Assembly (NCBI GenBank): GCA_964506935.1
Contig: CAZDOD010000001.1
Coordinates: 1-46,673 of the forward strand
Direction of reading: 5' to 3'
DNA: 46,673 nucleotides
DNA from: an uncultured Thermodesulfobacteriota bacterium
GTDB taxonomy: Bacteria; Desulfobacterota; Zymogenia; Zymogenales; Zymogenaceae
Made by a program: the position numbers and the translations under genes. Every line of letters starts with the position of its first letter. Position 1 is the first letter of the stretch. Positions 45,278-46,673 of this stretch are shown one piece after another. Below the pieces are notes generated by a model. It made no database searches. It was not told the origin of the DNA and was given only the letters and a program-made list of their open reading frames with translations.

Positions 45278-45832
45278 TTATACGCTTTCATCTTCCCCGC
45301 CCGCGCCCTTCGTCACGGCATACTTCCTGTCCTCAAAGACGCTCTCCATGTCCTCGGCGAAGGCGGAAAGGGCGGCTATCTCCCCCTTGGTCTTATCATC
45401 GTCGCCCAAAACATCCTTTATTCCCTTAAGTCTCTTATCCATCTCCTCGATCCTTCGCAGTATATCGAGGTCGTAGTTGTAGAGTGCCCTAAGCTCCTCA
45501 TCGAGGATCTTCACTCGGTCGAAATAACCGGAATATCCGTGGGAAGTGAACTTGATGGTATCCCTCAATTTGTCGAGCTTTCTCGATAATCTATCGAGCT
45601 TGTCGAGGCCCTCGAGGCTTTTCGACTCGGCCTTTTCCTCCATCACCTTCATGACGGCGCCCTTTAGGTGGTCGAATCGCTCGGCGATGTGCTCCCTGAT
45701 GATTTTGTCCCGCTCCCGGGCATTTTCCCTTTTTAAGTAGTGGCCGATCCCGGGAACATATTCCACGACCTCTTCGAGTGTCTTTGCCAGCCCGCCAGAT
45801 ATCCCCTCCCAGAATACACCCTTCTCAGGCAT
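45278..45832 (-). CDS. Coiled-coil protein of unknown family (184 aa)
   Basis: The sequence is charged and heptad-like throughout ('LDKLDRLSRKLDKLRDTI', 'LDILRRIEEMDKRLKGIKDV'). The start was moved to ATG 45832, 5 nt after GGAGGA. The track start at 45844 is a TTG. Confidence 0.7.
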   Translation of the reverse strand: MPEKGVFWEGISGGLAKTLEEVVEYVPGIGHYLKRENARERDKIIREHIAERFDHLKGAVMKVMEEKAESKSLEGLDKLDRLSRKLDKLRDTIKFTSHGYSGYFDRVKILDEELRALYNYDLDILRRIEEMDKRLKGIKDVLGDDDKTKGEIAALSAFAEDMESVFEDRKYAVTKGAGGEDESV

Positions 45833-45847
45833 GTTGTCCTCCAATAA

Positions 45848-46078
45848 TTATTTTCTAAACAGCATAAATATCAGGCTTATGATTACGCTGATAATTATCA
45901 TACTTACGATAGGAAAGTAAAATGTAAAATTCCCCTTTTTTACAAATATATCTCCGGGGAGCTTTCCGAAGAGGGGTATCTTGTCGTGAAAGGTGAGCAT
46001 TACGCCCAAAAACAAAACAACGATGCCGATGACGATTAGGGCCTTTCCTATCTCGTTTATCTCCCCGAAATCTCCCAT
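45848..46078 (-). CDS. DUF2905-family small membrane protein
   Basis: 'FGKLPGDIFVKKGNFTFYFPIVSMIIISVIISLIF' is the family-defining GKLPGDI...FYFP core. Confidence 0.85.
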   Translation of the reverse strand: MGDFGEINEIGKALIVIGIVVLFLGVMLTFHDKIPLFGKLPGDIFVKKGNFTFYFPIVSMIIISVIISLIFMLFRK

Positions 46079-46105
46079 CGGTGTCTCCTGTATCCTTCAG
46101 GATTT

Positions 46106-46504
46106 TTAGATTCCCTCAAAGGCGACCCAGAAGGGGGAAAGCTCCCCCCTGTGGCTTATCGGGACGGCAACGGGGTGGCTGAGCGGGAGGTCCACTTCGG
46201 CGAAGAACGAGCTCCCGTCGTACATAAAGATATAGGCCCTGAACTCATATGGCACCCTCCTCCTCTCGAGGCCGATCACCAGGCTCTCGCCGGGCTCGAC
46301 CCTACCCATGAATATCTCATCGACGACGATGTTTAAGGGAACCGGGCCTGATGACGGCGGGGCGACGTCGGTGTCGTTGTAGACCCTGCCGAGGACCAGG
46401 TTATCGCCGTCCTGCGTGACCCCTACGAAGGGGTGGATTAAAAGGATTGCTAAAGTAACTATTGCAGTAAAGGATGTGATAAAGGCTTTTTTTGGTATCT
46501 TCAT
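46106..46504 (-). CDS. Small secreted/anchored hypothetical protein (132 aa)
   Basis: The start was moved to ATG 46504 (MKIPKKAFITSFTAIVTLAILLI...), preceded by AAGGAGA. The upstream part of the track ORF overlaps the queH 3' end in another frame. Confidence 0.6.
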   Translation of the reverse strand: MKIPKKAFITSFTAIVTLAILLIHPFVGVTQDGDNLVLGRVYNDTDVAPPSSGPVPLNIVVDEIFMGRVEPGESLVIGLERRRVPYEFRAYIFMYDGSSFFAEVDLPLSHPVAVPISHRGELSPFWVAFEGI

Positions 46505-46527
46505 CTTATCTCCTTTTTTTAAATTCG

Positions 46528-46673
46528 CTATTTTCCTAAAGACATCTTTTGGTCTCTTTGCTCTTTCTCGTAAAATTTTTTCAGGCTCGATATCTTTTTT
46601 TGGTATCTCTCGGCCTCGCTTATGATGCACCCGCAGTATTTCTGGCGGTAGATTCCGGCCTCGCGCGATACCC
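46528..46673 (-). CDS. queH: Epoxyqueuosine reductase QueH (DUF208), C-terminal 47 codons only
   Basis: My translation of the minus strand from the window end gives VSREAGIYRQKYCGCIISEAERYQKKISSLKKFYEKEQRDQKMSLGK*. 'YRQ.YCGC..S' is the conserved QueH C-terminal cluster motif as I recall it. Confidence 0.55.
   Translation of the reverse strand, partial: VSREAGIYRQKYCGCIISEAERYQKKISSLKKFYEKEQRDQKMSLGK

Noticed and set aside
46505-46630. A 42-codon extension (MHHKRGREIPKK...) of the last small ORF
   Set aside because: It overlaps the queH C-terminal coding region (46528..46673, different frame). The internal ATG 46504 has an AAGGAGA site and starts a signal-peptide-like sequence.
1-46673. A search for CRISPR arrays, tRNA/rRNA genes, IS elements, integrases, reverse transcriptases and toxin-antitoxin pairs
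   Set aside because: The intergenic regions are few and short (the largest are 265, 195 and 166 bp) and contain no cloverleaf-like or repeat-spacer structure. No ORF shows DDE, tyrosine-recombinase, RT or small paired toxin/antitoxin features. The absence was judged by eye only.

Overview
This 46.7-kb window is gene-dense, with about 42 protein-coding genes (36 on the minus strand) and roughly 90% coding sequence. It looks like a diderm bacterium: lpxC, tonB and DUF4390-ntrY-ntrX are present, and it uses canonical TTGACA-N17-TATAAT promoters and GGAGG ribosome-binding sites. All calls were made by eye from the supplied translations and my own reading of both strands. No database search was possible.

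Content from left to right:
(1) A housekeeping block: aspC (partial), coaD, rsmD, hisF, hisA, hisH, a DegT-type sugar aminotransferase, an LbH N-acetyltransferase, a PAP2 phosphatase and tonB.
(2) A plus-strand cobB-type sirtuin followed by a hexapeptide acetyltransferase.
(3) A tightly packed nine-gene minus-strand array behind a perfect sigma70 promoter: four tandem GH57 paralogs, a galT-like gene, glgA, a soluble PAS/GAF histidine kinase and two SAM methyltransferases.
(4) A plus-strand island: a membrane-anchored penicillin-acylase-family Ntn hydrolase and two unknown membrane proteins.
(5) Miscellaneous genes: D-lyxose isomerase, an unknown anchored protein, a MaoC double-hotdog dehydratase, a secreted alpha/beta hydrolase, a small lipoprotein and an orphan SPPY-type DNA methyltransferase.
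(6) A long minus-strand run: queH (partial), a small secreted protein, DUF2905, a coiled-coil protein, an SPFH/Band-7 protein with a triple zinc-ribbon tail, three paralogous zinc-ribbon-headed proteins, lpxC, DUF4390, ntrY-like and ntrX-like.

The SPFH/zinc-ribbon module next to lpxC is my best candidate for an undescribed system. The GH57/glgA/methyltransferase/acetyltransferase combination, which recalls methylated-glucan biosynthesis, is second.

I recognised no rRNA, tRNA, CRISPR array, transposase or integrase. Several ORF-track starts were shortened on homology, RBS or promoter grounds (coaD, hisF, hisA, the GH57 glucanotransferase, lyxose isomerase, the lipoprotein and others).
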